A stretch of 57,425 nt of DNA from Methanothrix sp. (GTDB lineage: Archaea > Halobacteriota > Methanosarcinia > Methanotrichales > Methanotrichaceae), in contig JBAXWY010000014.1 in the NCBI GenBank assembly GCA_037128175.1, positions 1 to 57,425 on the forward strand, written 5' to 3'. Positions within the stretch are counted from its first letter, which is position 1. Each line of letters opens with the position of its first letter. The notes under the pieces were generated by a model. The model was given only the letters and a program-made list of their open reading frames with translations, had not been told where the DNA came from and did no database searches. Made by a program: the position numbers and the translations under genes. This document shows, one piece after another, positions 29,638 to 38,774 of this stretch.

Positions 29638-29818
29638 ATTAAAATATGATGGGACCAGATTAATTACCGGAACCGCAAAATAGATTAACAGAAAATTTGA
29701 GGGGTATAATTCTTTAGCAATAAATCTAATTTTCTATAATAACATTATTATTTGTATATCTCTTTAGATTTCGCATTTCTTTTATGCTTAAATTTTGGTA
29801 AATAATCGGATCCTTAAC

Positions 29819-32425
29819 TCAATTAAGAATTTTATATATATTTATTCTGCAGATAGCATATAAGATATTGTGCACTATAATATTTCTTATTTCGCTATCA
29901 TTATCATCAAGTATGCTGAGGGCTTGACTTAGATACTGTATTGCTAGTTTATAATTGCCTTCAAAAATGCAAAGATCAGCTATATTGTTCAATTGCTTGG
30001 CTTCACCAACTCTATATCCAATCACTCTTTCAATTCTTAATGCATCCTTAAATGATTCTAATGCATGGTCCATCTTGTACTTTTTTTTATAAATAAGTCC
30101 AATATGGCCCAGCTGAATAGCCACCTTCTTCTTAACTCCTATTTTCTCAAATATATGCAGTCCTTTGTTGAGATAGTCGAGTGCTTTATCCAAATCGTCT
30201 TTTTCATAATAAACTAAACCGATACTGCATAGACATTGAGCTTCTCCTTCTTTGAACATAATTTTTTTAAATATATCTAAAGACTTAGTATGATATTTTA
30301 AGGCACTGTTGAAATCTCCTTTCTTTATGCAAAATTCTGCGAGGCTAGTTAGGGAAAATGCTTCATTTTGCTTATACTTTATATTTCTAGAAATTTTTAA
30401 GCTACTTATTATGCAACTTAATGCGTCACTCAACTTTCCTTTATCTATGAGAGCGTTACCGATGTTAATTAATTGTTCAGCTTCACCTTGCTTGAAATCA
30501 ATCATTTTGAAGATATCTTTTGCTTCATTGTGGTATTCGAGAGCCTTATCCAATTTGCCCTTGTCTCTGCAAATAAGAGCAATATTTGCCAAAGCTGAAG
30601 CCTCTCCTTGCTTGTAGCCTATCTCCTTAAAGATTCTTAGCGCATTTTTTCGGTATTCAAGAGATTGATTCAATTCGCCCTTATCTGCATAAATATTTCC
30701 TATATTTAAAAGATGTGTTGCTTCAGACTGTTTATTATTGATTTCTCTATCAATTTCGAGTGCTTTCTCTAGTAAATCAATAGCACCTTTTTGATCCCCT
30801 TTAATATAACAAATGCGTGCAAGGCTCCCCAAGACACTTGATTCCCCTTCTTTGTTATTGCCTTTTCTGAATATCTCTAGGGCATCTTTTTGGTAAAGAT
30901 ATGCATTCTCCGTTTCTCCTTTTTCGAGGAATATAATGCCTAAGTTGCTAAAAACTGCAGCTTTCATCAATCCGTTTCCCGAAGGATCAAAAATTTCTAA
31001 TCCTTTATTAAAACATTTAATGGCTTGGTCGACTTCTCCTTTACTTCTATAAATATTACCTATATTTAGCAATGCTGCTATTTGCATATCTATATCCTTA
31101 AACTTTTTATAGATTTCCAAGGCTTTAACAGAACATTCTCTGGATTTATCTAAATCACCTTTAATAAAATAAACAATTCCGATATTATTCAAAGCTGCAG
31201 CTGTAGATAAAATGGCTTCATCATTATAAATTGCTTGAATATTTGGCCTTCCAGAAATAACCAATAATTCTTTATAATAATTTTCTGCCTTTGATAACTC
31301 TCCCAAGCTTTGATAGCAATTTCCTGCAATTCCTAAGAAAATCATTTTATCTTTGGGACTCATAAATAAAGATGAGCAAGTATCTATTTCTTTAATTGTT
31401 TCGATATATCTCTCATCTTTTGCCAATTTGAGTATATTGCTTAAACGATTTGAAACTTCGGGATCATCCGAGAAAGGGACACCGTCTACATACCATTGAA
31501 GTCTGGTCTCCCGGCTTGCTTCGATCGTTCGGCTCTTTGCAATTTGAACTAGATTGATAATATATTCGTGAAGATCATCTGGTACTTGTTCTAAACCAGA
31601 ATCATAGTATTCATCATTTATTTTAATATTTGGAAAAAGGTTTATGCCATTATCAAAGAGTATCTCACAAACAGTTGATAATTGTGATTTTATTGAGCTA
31701 ATTATTTTTTCGTGCATTATTTCGACTAATTCATTTCCAAAGTACGTCCTGGGAAATCTGAACCATACTTTAATCTTATTATCTTTTATAGAAATACTTT
31801 CGACATAGTAATGTCCCCACCAATGATATTTGCTCTCTATCGGAATTTCTCTTAATTTAAGAATATCGATATTAACACGCTGTTTATCTGCATCCAGTTC
31901 ATCACCAAGTTGAAGGAGTGCTGCCAAAAGAGCCATCCTTAATTTTCCGCCGGATTTTTCAGCTAATTCATTAATATCTAAGCCTCGGTGATATTTGGAA
32001 ATGATTGCAATATAATGCGCATAATCTTTACAAATCTCCAATCCTAATGAAAATTGAGAATTCTGAGAAATTGATTCATTGATCATTCTTGCGCTTGCCA
32101 AGTTATGGGATTTCCTAATGATTTCCTTTTCTTCTGCATTATAGTCTTGTTTTTTTGGTAAATTGGCATGTTCTGGAGATTGCATACCTACATCATGCAA
32201 ATATGCAGAAGCTAACAGAACAAATCGCTCTTCTTCGGTTAATAAATTATTTTTATTACCTATTATCAATCCTAGTACATCAATAATTCTCTCAGAATGA
32301 TCTAAACCGTGACGAGTATAATGTTGAAGCAATTGGGGGTCCCAGAGTTTGCCTACGGCCAACCTTATGCTCGATAGGCAAGCCTTAAATGATTCATTTT
32401 GGATCACGAGACATTCCTGTATCAT
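29819..32425 (-). CDS. HD-domain (HD-CE-like) protein with a long C-terminal TPR array
   Basis: YTRHGLDHSERI, AYLHDVGM, HNLAS, KYHRG, LQLGDELD; more than 10 TPR-like repeats at about 40-aa spacing (L.NIG.IY..KG.LD.AL....AL.IF); AT-rich; start moved to ATG 32425. Confidence 0.88.
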   Translation of the reverse strand: MIQECLVIQNESFKACLSSIRLAVGKLWDPQLLQHYTRHGLDHSERIIDVLGLIIGNKNNLLTEEERFVLLASAYLHDVGMQSPEHANLPKKQDYNAEEKEIIRKSHNLASARMINESISQNSQFSLGLEICKDYAHYIAIISKYHRGLDINELAEKSGGKLRMALLAALLQLGDELDADKQRVNIDILKLREIPIESKYHWWGHYYVESISIKDNKIKVWFRFPRTYFGNELVEIMHEKIISSIKSQLSTVCEILFDNGINLFPNIKINDEYYDSGLEQVPDDLHEYIINLVQIAKSRTIEASRETRLQWYVDGVPFSDDPEVSNRLSNILKLAKDERYIETIKEIDTCSSLFMSPKDKMIFLGIAGNCYQSLGELSKAENYYKELLVISGRPNIQAIYNDEAILSTAAALNNIGIVYFIKGDLDKSRECSVKALEIYKKFKDIDMQIAALLNIGNIYRSKGEVDQAIKCFNKGLEIFDPSGNGLMKAAVFSNLGIIFLEKGETENAYLYQKDALEIFRKGNNKEGESSVLGSLARICYIKGDQKGAIDLLEKALEIDREINNKQSEATHLLNIGNIYADKGELNQSLEYRKNALRIFKEIGYKQGEASALANIALICRDKGKLDKALEYHNEAKDIFKMIDFKQGEAEQLINIGNALIDKGKLSDALSCIISSLKISRNIKYKQNEAFSLTSLAEFCIKKGDFNSALKYHTKSLDIFKKIMFKEGEAQCLCSIGLVYYEKDDLDKALDYLNKGLHIFEKIGVKKKVAIQLGHIGLIYKKKYKMDHALESFKDALRIERVIGYRVGEAKQLNNIADLCIFEGNYKLAIQYLSQALSILDDNDSEIRNIIVHNILYAICRINIYKILN

Positions 32426-34253
32426 ATTTATCCTGCAAGCAGAAACATGTGAGGTTGTATTTAGATTATAGTAGGGGAACAAAATTGCATATTTATTACC
32501 GACTAAAAAACTATCTGAATTCGCCAGCCAATACGACCCGCCCTTCCGCCATCGCCGCAACCCCGGACGGCCCGGCCCACAGGCAGTGGCCAATGAGCGC
32601 AGCCGAGCGCGAGCAGCAATCACAGACCTGCGGCTGCCCGGCGCTGTTTCCGGTAGCCTGCAAGAATTGCAAAGCAGTAGAACGCATCGAATCTTTGCGC
32701 GTCCTTTGTGCCTTTGTGCCTTTGTGGTTTGGTCCGTAGTTGCTGGAAATAATTATCAGCTAATAGTAATAGCGAGCCGATGGCATTGCTTTCTAAATTC
32801 TGCGCCCCGGAAAACTGCCCTTGCCGGAGGCTGGCTCTCCTGGCTCTCAGGCCCGACCGGCCTCCCGATCCCGAGCGCTTGCCCGGCTACCGAGTCCGCC
32901 TGGCGGACGACGGCTGTGGCCCTGGATGGCCTTTGCCGAAAAACGGCTCCACTGACGCGGCCCGAGGGCTCTGGCAAAAAATGTCCTCTTTTCATCGGAA
33001 CTTCGCGCCTTCGCGTGAATCCGTGATCTCGGCCGGATCGGCCCCCTGCCCCTGCGTCCCCGCCAGGCAATCCAGCCCGCCCTGACGACAGCGCCGCCCA
33101 GACTGGGCCCATGTGAGGCGGCCACGAGCGCAACCGGGACCAGAGCGGCGCAAAGCACGGCCTTGCGGCTGCCCGGCGCTGCTGCCGGTAGCTCGCAAGG
33201 ATCGCCAAGCAGGAGGACCGCATCGGATCTCTCTGCTAAAAAGTCTCTGTGCGTCCTCTGTGCGCTCTGTGTCTCTGTGGTGGGATCGTCAGTTGTATGG
33301 TTATAATTATCAGCTAATAGTAATAGCGAGCCGAAGGCATTGCTTTCTTAATTCTGCGCCCCGGAAGACTGCCCTTGCCAGAAGCATGCACACCTGGCTC
33401 TCAGGCCCGACCGGCCCTCCTGCCCTCTTGCACGAGCGCTCGTCAGGCAAGCCAGCCCGCCCTGACAACATCGCTGCAAGCCCGGACGGCCCGGCTCACA
33501 GGCGGCCACGAGCAGCAGCCGGGACCCGAGCGCCGACAGCAACCACATTCAAAAAAGTGCACTGCTTCTGAGCAATAGTCGTCTCCGTTCGTTCGTCCTC
33601 CGCGTGCTCTGCGTCTCTGCGGTTATATTCGTAATTGTTCTGTTATAATTATCGTCTAATAGTAACCGCGAATCACCACAGATTCCAAAACCCAGCAACC
33701 TGAAAATTGCATCTGCCGGAGTCCAGCACCACTTGGCTCTCAGGCCCGACTGGCCTCCTGCCCGCCCTGACGACATCGCCGCCCAGGCTGGGCCCACAGG
33801 CGGTGGCTCACGAGTGCAGCCGGTACCCGAGCGGTGCAGAGCGCGGCCCCGCGGCTGCCCGGCGCTGCTTGCGGTAGCCAGCAAGGATCGCAAAGATGGA
33901 GACTGCATCAGACCTCTCTGCTAAAAAGTCTCTGTGCGTCCTCTGTGCGTCCTCTGTGCGTCCTCTGTGCGCTCTGTGTCTCTGTGGTGGGATCGTTAGT
34001 TGCATGGTTATAATTGTCAGCTAATAGCAAACTGACGGCATCGTTTCCCAAAATCCTGCGCCCCGGAGAACTGCTCTTGCCGGAGGCAGGCTGTCCTGGC
34101 CCTCAGGCCCGACCGGCCTCCTGCTCGCCCTGACAACATCGTCGCCCATGCTGGGCCCACGAGCGGCGAGCCACGAGGAGCAGCAGTCAAGTGATTTCTA
34201 GACAGGAAAGTTTATGGGATGAGACGACAGCTAAAATTAATGATGGCCTGGCT

Positions 34254-34535
34254 ATGAGTAACGAAAAAATCACCTATCGTCTTCACGCTGTCCAGCGGAT
34301 GTTCGAGCGGAAAGTCAGCGCAGAAGAAGTTCGATATGTGCTGGAGATCGGAGAGGTGATTGAAGAATATCCAGATGACACACCCTACCCAAGTTGCCTG
34401 ATCCTGGGAAGTTATAAGGGGCGCCTGATTCATGTAGTAGCAGCCAACAATTGCCTCGACGAGGAGATAATCGTAATCACAGTCTACGAGCCCGATCCCT
34501 CGGAATGGGACCTGGAATGCAGGAAGAGGATTTAA
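34254..34535 (+). CDS. DUF4258-family protein (putative RelE-like toxin)
   Basis: HAVQRMFER, GEVIEEYPDD.PYPS.LILG, HVV, ITVYEPDP..W. Confidence 0.88.
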   Translation: MSNEKITYRLHAVQRMFERKVSAEEVRYVLEIGEVIEEYPDDTPYPSCLILGSYKGRLIHVVAANNCLDEEIIVITVYEPDPSEWDLECRKRI

Positions 34536-34762
34536 TGAAATGCGTTATCTGTAAAAAGGCATCCACTAAGCCCGGAACAACGACAATTACCTTTGAGCGA
34601 GATTGTTTGACAATGGTAGTAAAATGCGTTCCTGCTCAAGTCTGCCCCAATTGCAAAGAGGCGTATATCAGTGAGGCGGTTACAGCCGAGCTGCTTAAGG
34701 ATGCTGAGGAAAGAGCAAACACAGGAGCACAAGTAGAGATCCGGCAGTACGTTGCAGCCTAG
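34535..34762 (+). CDS. YgiT-type zinc finger protein (MqsA N-terminal-like, putative antitoxin)
   Basis: MKCVICK...VPAQVCPNC.EAY; TAATG overlap with the DUF4258 gene. Confidence 0.88.
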   Translation: MKCVICKKASTKPGTTTITFERDCLTMVVKCVPAQVCPNCKEAYISEAVTAELLKDAEERANTGAQVEIRQYVAA

Positions 34763-35412
34763 GTTTATTTAACTCATTGAATAATTTACTTCATCCTGGC
34801 TGAGCCTGCTCTTGTTCCTCAGGCCCGATCGGCCTCCTGCGCCCCCGAGTGCGAGCGCCTGTCAGGCAAGCCCGCCCGCTCTGACTACCACGCAGCAACC
34901 CCGGACTGCCCAGAGGCAGCGGCCACGAGCAGCAGCCGGGGCCCGAGCGGCCCAGCACGCGGCCATGCGGCTGCCCGGCGCTGACGCCGATAGCACGCAA
35001 GGATCACAAAACGTGAGGACTACATTGGATCTCTCTGCTAAAAAAGTCTCTGTGCGTCCTCCGTGCGCTCTCTGGTCTCTGTGGTGGGATCGTTAGTTGT
35101 ATGGTTATAATTATCAGCTAATAGTAATGGCGAATCGTTATCATTTCCAAAATCCAGCGCCCTGAAAACTGCCCTTACCGAAGGCATGCGCCTCCTGGCT
35201 CTCAGGCCCGACCGGCCCCCTGCCCCCTTGTCCGAGCGCTTGCCAGGATAGCCAGCCCGCCCGGACGACCGCATCACAAGCTCGGATGGCCCACGGGCGG
35301 CTTTCCTCTGGCAAGACCGGGGCCCGCCTAGAAGTGCAACGTTTAATCACCACAGTGGGTACACTTCACCATTGGGTAGTATTATATGCAAATAGGGATT
35401 AAGTGATTTCCA

Positions 35413-35640
35413 ATGAAACGTCTTTATGACTACACGGTAATACTACGTCCCGAAGACAATGGTACATTCGTGGCCTACGTACCTGCAATTCCGGGCTGTC
35501 ATGCCTTGGGCCAAACTTCCGAGGAGGCACAAACCGAGTTGATAAACGTTTTCGAAATGATCGAGGAAGAGTACAGAGAAGAAGGGCGCATGCTTCCATC
35601 AGATGTAGAAGTAAAAGCTACTCATGCCTGCCAAAGCTAA
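35413..35640 (+). CDS. hicB: HicB-family antitoxin
   Basis: Y.VIL.PED.G.FVA.VPA.PGC...G.T.EEA. Confidence 0.92.
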   Translation: MKRLYDYTVILRPEDNGTFVAYVPAIPGCHALGQTSEEAQTELINVFEMIEEEYREEGRMLPSDVEVKATHACQS

Positions 35641-35839
35641 GGACCTGCAGAAAGCGGCCAAGAAGCTCGGGTTCCAGATGGTGAGGCAAAAAGGCAGCCA
35701 CGCCAGATGGAAGCATCCCGATGGCCGAGCGACTACGATTCCAATACATGGCAATAGCGAGATTGGAAGCTGGCTTTTCTACGAAATTCTCAAGCAATTG
35801 GGAATAACTGAAGATGATTTTTGCAGGCTCATAAAATAG
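35624..35839 (+). CDS. hicA: HicA-family mRNA interferase toxin
   Basis: LGF..VRQKGSH...HPDGR.TTIP.H...I.KQ.G. Confidence 0.93.
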   Translation: MPAKAKDLQKAAKKLGFQMVRQKGSHARWKHPDGRATTIPIHGNSEIGSWLFYEILKQLGITEDDFCRLIK

Positions 35840-36484
35840 GACGGTTCACCATCATTTTGGCGGCCTCGGCCTTGACAGTCAACCTACCGAGGGTTCTTGC
35901 CAGGCAAGCCAGCCCGCCCTGACGACATCGCCGCCCAGGCTGGGCCCACAGGCGGCGGCCACAAGCTGCAGCCGGGACCCGAGCGCCGGCAGCAATCACG
36001 GTCGAGCGGCTGCCCGGTGCTGTCGCCGATAGCTCGCAAGGATCACAAAACGTGAGGACTACATTGGATTTCTCTGCTAAAAAAGTCTCTGTGCGTCCTC
36101 CGTGCGCTCTCTGGTCTCTGTGGTGGGATCGTTAGTTGTATGGTTATAATTATCAGCTAATAGTAATGGCGAATCGTTATCATTTCCAAAATCCAGCGCC
36201 CTGAAAACTGCCCTTACCGAAGGCATGCGCCACCTGGATCTCAGGCCCGATCGGCCTCCTGTGCCCCCGAGCGATAGCCTGGCAGTCGGGCCCGCCTGGC
36301 CTTGTCACTCTCCTGTTCCAAGATGAAGAACATAATATGCATTCTGGCAACAATAATTTATGGTCGAATGCGCCTTCTGCCCGATCCCATGCTGCGCGTG
36401 GTCAGCAGGCTGCTCGACCGGCAAAACCGGCTGGAGGAGCAGCTGCAATTGGGACCACTTTGTCCGGCAGCAGAAGGCGAAAGC

Positions 36485-37144
36485 TTAGATATGGCTGCCG
36501 TCACAAAACGGTTTATTCTGCGATCTTCCGCACCTGCAGAGGGTGACGCGGTTTCGGGTCTCGTACAGTTTGCCGTTCGCTGATTCGATGGGTATGCCTC
36601 CTCGCACCCAGAGCGGCCCGTGCTCACCCCTTGGCGGGTATTCGATAACGACAATGGACTTATCCAATTCGGGCTCAATCGTTTTCCCGCTTTCATTATC
36701 CGTTATCACCAGCCGACCCGAGGGGCAGTTGCATGCTTCTTCTATGGCAATCTCCCTATCTCCCTGGTTTTCTGGATGCTTTACCAGATTCCAAATCCCA
36801 CCGGCTCGCATGCAGAACCTGGCATGGACGCAAAGATGCTCATTATCTGCCAATGTCAGCGCAGGACCATGGATTAATTTTGCCGTTTCGTCAAAGGGCA
36901 CATGGTCTCCGGCCTCGGTTCCTTCAAAGGAGATCTTTGCATGAGTCCCATCGCAGAAGGGTTTATTCTTCGAGTGGCCGCACCGACAGAGTGCATACTT
37001 TTCCTGCATGGGGTATCTCTTAACTTCCCGCCAGGTCCGGCAGTAGCCCTCATCATCGTTGCAAATCTCCGAGGTAGTGAGGGGTACAATGCCTGTCACG
37101 ATATATGGACCATTCTTGCTCACAGTTATTTTCATTTCTGTCAT
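36485..37144 (-). CDS. CDGSH iron-sulfur domain protein (two CDGSH motifs around a divergent ferredoxin-like domain)
   Basis: LCRCGHSKNKPFCDGTH, CVHARFC, CPSG, LCRCGRSQNKPFCDGSH. Confidence 0.92.
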   Translation of the reverse strand: MTEMKITVSKNGPYIVTGIVPLTTSEICNDDEGYCRTWREVKRYPMQEKYALCRCGHSKNKPFCDGTHAKISFEGTEAGDHVPFDETAKLIHGPALTLADNEHLCVHARFCMRAGGIWNLVKHPENQGDREIAIEEACNCPSGRLVITDNESGKTIEPELDKSIVVIEYPPRGEHGPLWVRGGIPIESANGKLYETRNRVTLCRCGRSQNKPFCDGSHI

Positions 37145-37193
37145 AATTTATGTTTCCTGTAAATTTCTAATCTTTTTGACTATAGAACCAACT

Positions 37194-37715
37194 TTATGGA
37201 AATATCTCAAATCCCCTGGGGAACTTGAAGCTTCTTTGTCCCAGCGCTCTATCCGTCGCCTCTAAATTACCCTTGTCATTTCCGGCAGTTTTGACTTTGT
37301 TCAATACATTGTCTGAGGACTCCTCCTCTTCCACCTGCTCCTTGATGTACCACTGCAGGAACTCTTTCGTCGCCTCATCCAATTCCTTCTCAGCTACCTT
37401 GACAAGGGTTTGAATGAGTCCTGTCACCACACGCTCGTGATCCCAAACATGCTGGAAGGCATGCAGAGGTGAGGTCCAGGTGAACTGGGGTGCCTCCACC
37501 GTCAGCATCTTAGCTCTGCCGCCTCTTCCTGCCACGTAGTCGAGCATCTTCATGGTATGAACCAGCTCTTCGCCTGCCTGTAGTCTCATCCAATGGGCAA
37601 AGCCCTTCATATTTATAGACTCGAAATGATAGGACATGGAGAGATAGAGATAGGAGGAGTACAGTTCCCTATTCGCCTGAACATTCAATGCTTCATTCAT
37701 CTTTTCGCTTAGCAT
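37194..37715 (-). CDS. ftn: Ferritin (non-heme, prokaryotic)
   Basis: LN.Q.N.ELYSSYLYLSM, QAGEE..H, HE..VT, FLQWYIKEQVEEE. Confidence 0.95.
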   Translation of the reverse strand: MLSEKMNEALNVQANRELYSSYLYLSMSYHFESINMKGFAHWMRLQAGEELVHTMKMLDYVAGRGGRAKMLTVEAPQFTWTSPLHAFQHVWDHERVVTGLIQTLVKVAEKELDEATKEFLQWYIKEQVEEEESSDNVLNKVKTAGNDKGNLEATDRALGQRSFKFPRGFEIFP

Positions 37716-37736
37716 GGCAATACACCCTAATCCATT

Positions 37737-37898
37737 CTACTTTGCCTTCTCAAATTGCTCTTTGCCGACACCGCATTCCGGACAGATCCAATCATCGGGA
37801 AGGTCCTCGAATGCCGTTCCTGGAGCGATGCCGGAGGTGGAATCTCCCTTTTCCGGATCGTAGGTGTATCCACATACCTTACAAACATACTTATCCAT
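37737..37898 (-). CDS. Rubredoxin (53 aa), absent from the ORF track
   Basis: [53 protein letters not shown]; SD aggtga. Confidence 0.95.
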   Translation of the reverse strand: MDKYVCKVCGYTYDPEKGDSTSGIAPGTAFEDLPDDWICPECGVGKEQFEKAK

Positions 37899-37913
37899 TT
37901 TTTAACTCACCTT

Positions 37914-38774
37914 CTAAATGAAATTTTCCAGCAGCGTATTTATTTTGCGGTCTCTTTCCGATAAATTCGGCCTATATTCTGGAAATGACTGATCAAAACG
38001 CTCTGCCTCAATTTGGTAGAACTTGCCCAGGGGAATAGGAACCTCGGAGCGGTCGTAGTTCCAGGAGCGAATGATCTTTTGCGCCTCCTCAAAGCTTGAG
38101 GCATCGTTCCCCTGCACTGTATAGGTCCACTTATTGTAGCTCTCATACATATTGTTGTAAGAGACGCAGACCTGGAGAACATCCACAAATGAGAAGCCCT
38201 TGTGCAATATCGCTTCCTTAAAGAGCTTCTGGAGCTGTTCAACGCCGTGCGTGTAGCCCCGGGCAATGTAAGACGCTCCCGAAACCAGCATCAGCTCGAG
38301 CGGGTTCATGGGATGTTCCCTTGTGCCCGCGGGCGTGGACTTGCCCTTGAAGCCCTGGGGCGATGTGGGCGTGTACTGCCCGGTGGTCAAGCCGTAGACG
38401 CGGTTGTCGTGCAGGATCATTGTAAGATCGATGTTCCTCTTGGCGGCGAAGATGAGATGATCAAGTCCCTCCGCCAGGCTATCCCCATCTCCGGAAAAGC
38501 AGATCACCTTCAAATCAGGATTGGCAATCTTTATGGCCGAAGCCGCAGGCAGCGTTCGGCCGTGAATGGAATAGAAGCTGTTCACATTCATGTAGTCCAC
38601 AATCTTGGCGTGGCAGCCTATGCCGGAGACCAGGACAACGTTTTCTACGGGAAAGCCTTGGCTGTCCAGTTCTGCCAGAACTGATCTCATGGCGCTTAGA
38701 ATGGAGAAGTTGCCGCAGCCGGGGCACCAGGAGTTCTTAGCAGTGGTAGCCAGATCTTTGGGATTCATATTCAT
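37914..38774 (-). CDS. 2-oxoacid:ferredoxin oxidoreductase beta subunit
   Basis: WCPGCG, SGIGC, HGR, GDGD, DN.VYGLT.GQ..PT TPP-binding motifs. Confidence 0.93.
   Translation of the reverse strand: MNMNPKDLATTAKNSWCPGCGNFSILSAMRSVLAELDSQGFPVENVVLVSGIGCHAKIVDYMNVNSFYSIHGRTLPAASAIKIANPDLKVICFSGDGDSLAEGLDHLIFAAKRNIDLTMILHDNRVYGLTTGQYTPTSPQGFKGKSTPAGTREHPMNPLELMLVSGASYIARGYTHGVEQLQKLFKEAILHKGFSFVDVLQVCVSYNNMYESYNKWTYTVQGNDASSFEEAQKIIRSWNYDRSEVPIPLGKFYQIEAERFDQSFPEYRPNLSERDRKINTLLENFI

Larger units (their letters stand above)
32527..36275. repeat. Tandem array of six degenerate 340-550 bp non-coding units with toxin-antitoxin genes between units
   Basis: Core ttataattatcagctaatagtaat at about 32747, 33301, 33643, 34008, 35105 and 36144; ctcaggcccgaYcggcc occurs seven times; gcggctgcccggYgctg and CTCTGTG blocks recur in fixed order. 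Confidence 0.93.

Noticed and set aside
32426-32623. N-terminal 66-aa extension of the HD-TPR ORF
   Set aside because: It runs through the AT-rich promoter region into the GC-rich repeat; the downstream ATG fits the domain start
32586-34005. ORFs inside the repeat units (e.g. 32586-33026 and 33113-33571, sharing NYQLIVIASR)
   Set aside because: The similarity comes from the DNA repeat; starts and frames are not conserved and indels break them in other units
32527-36275. Array read as a CRISPR array or classical integron
   Set aside because: Units are hundreds of bp and degenerate, with no constant short repeat/unique spacer period, no cas or intI gene, and no RYYYAAC...GTTRRRY attC arrangement
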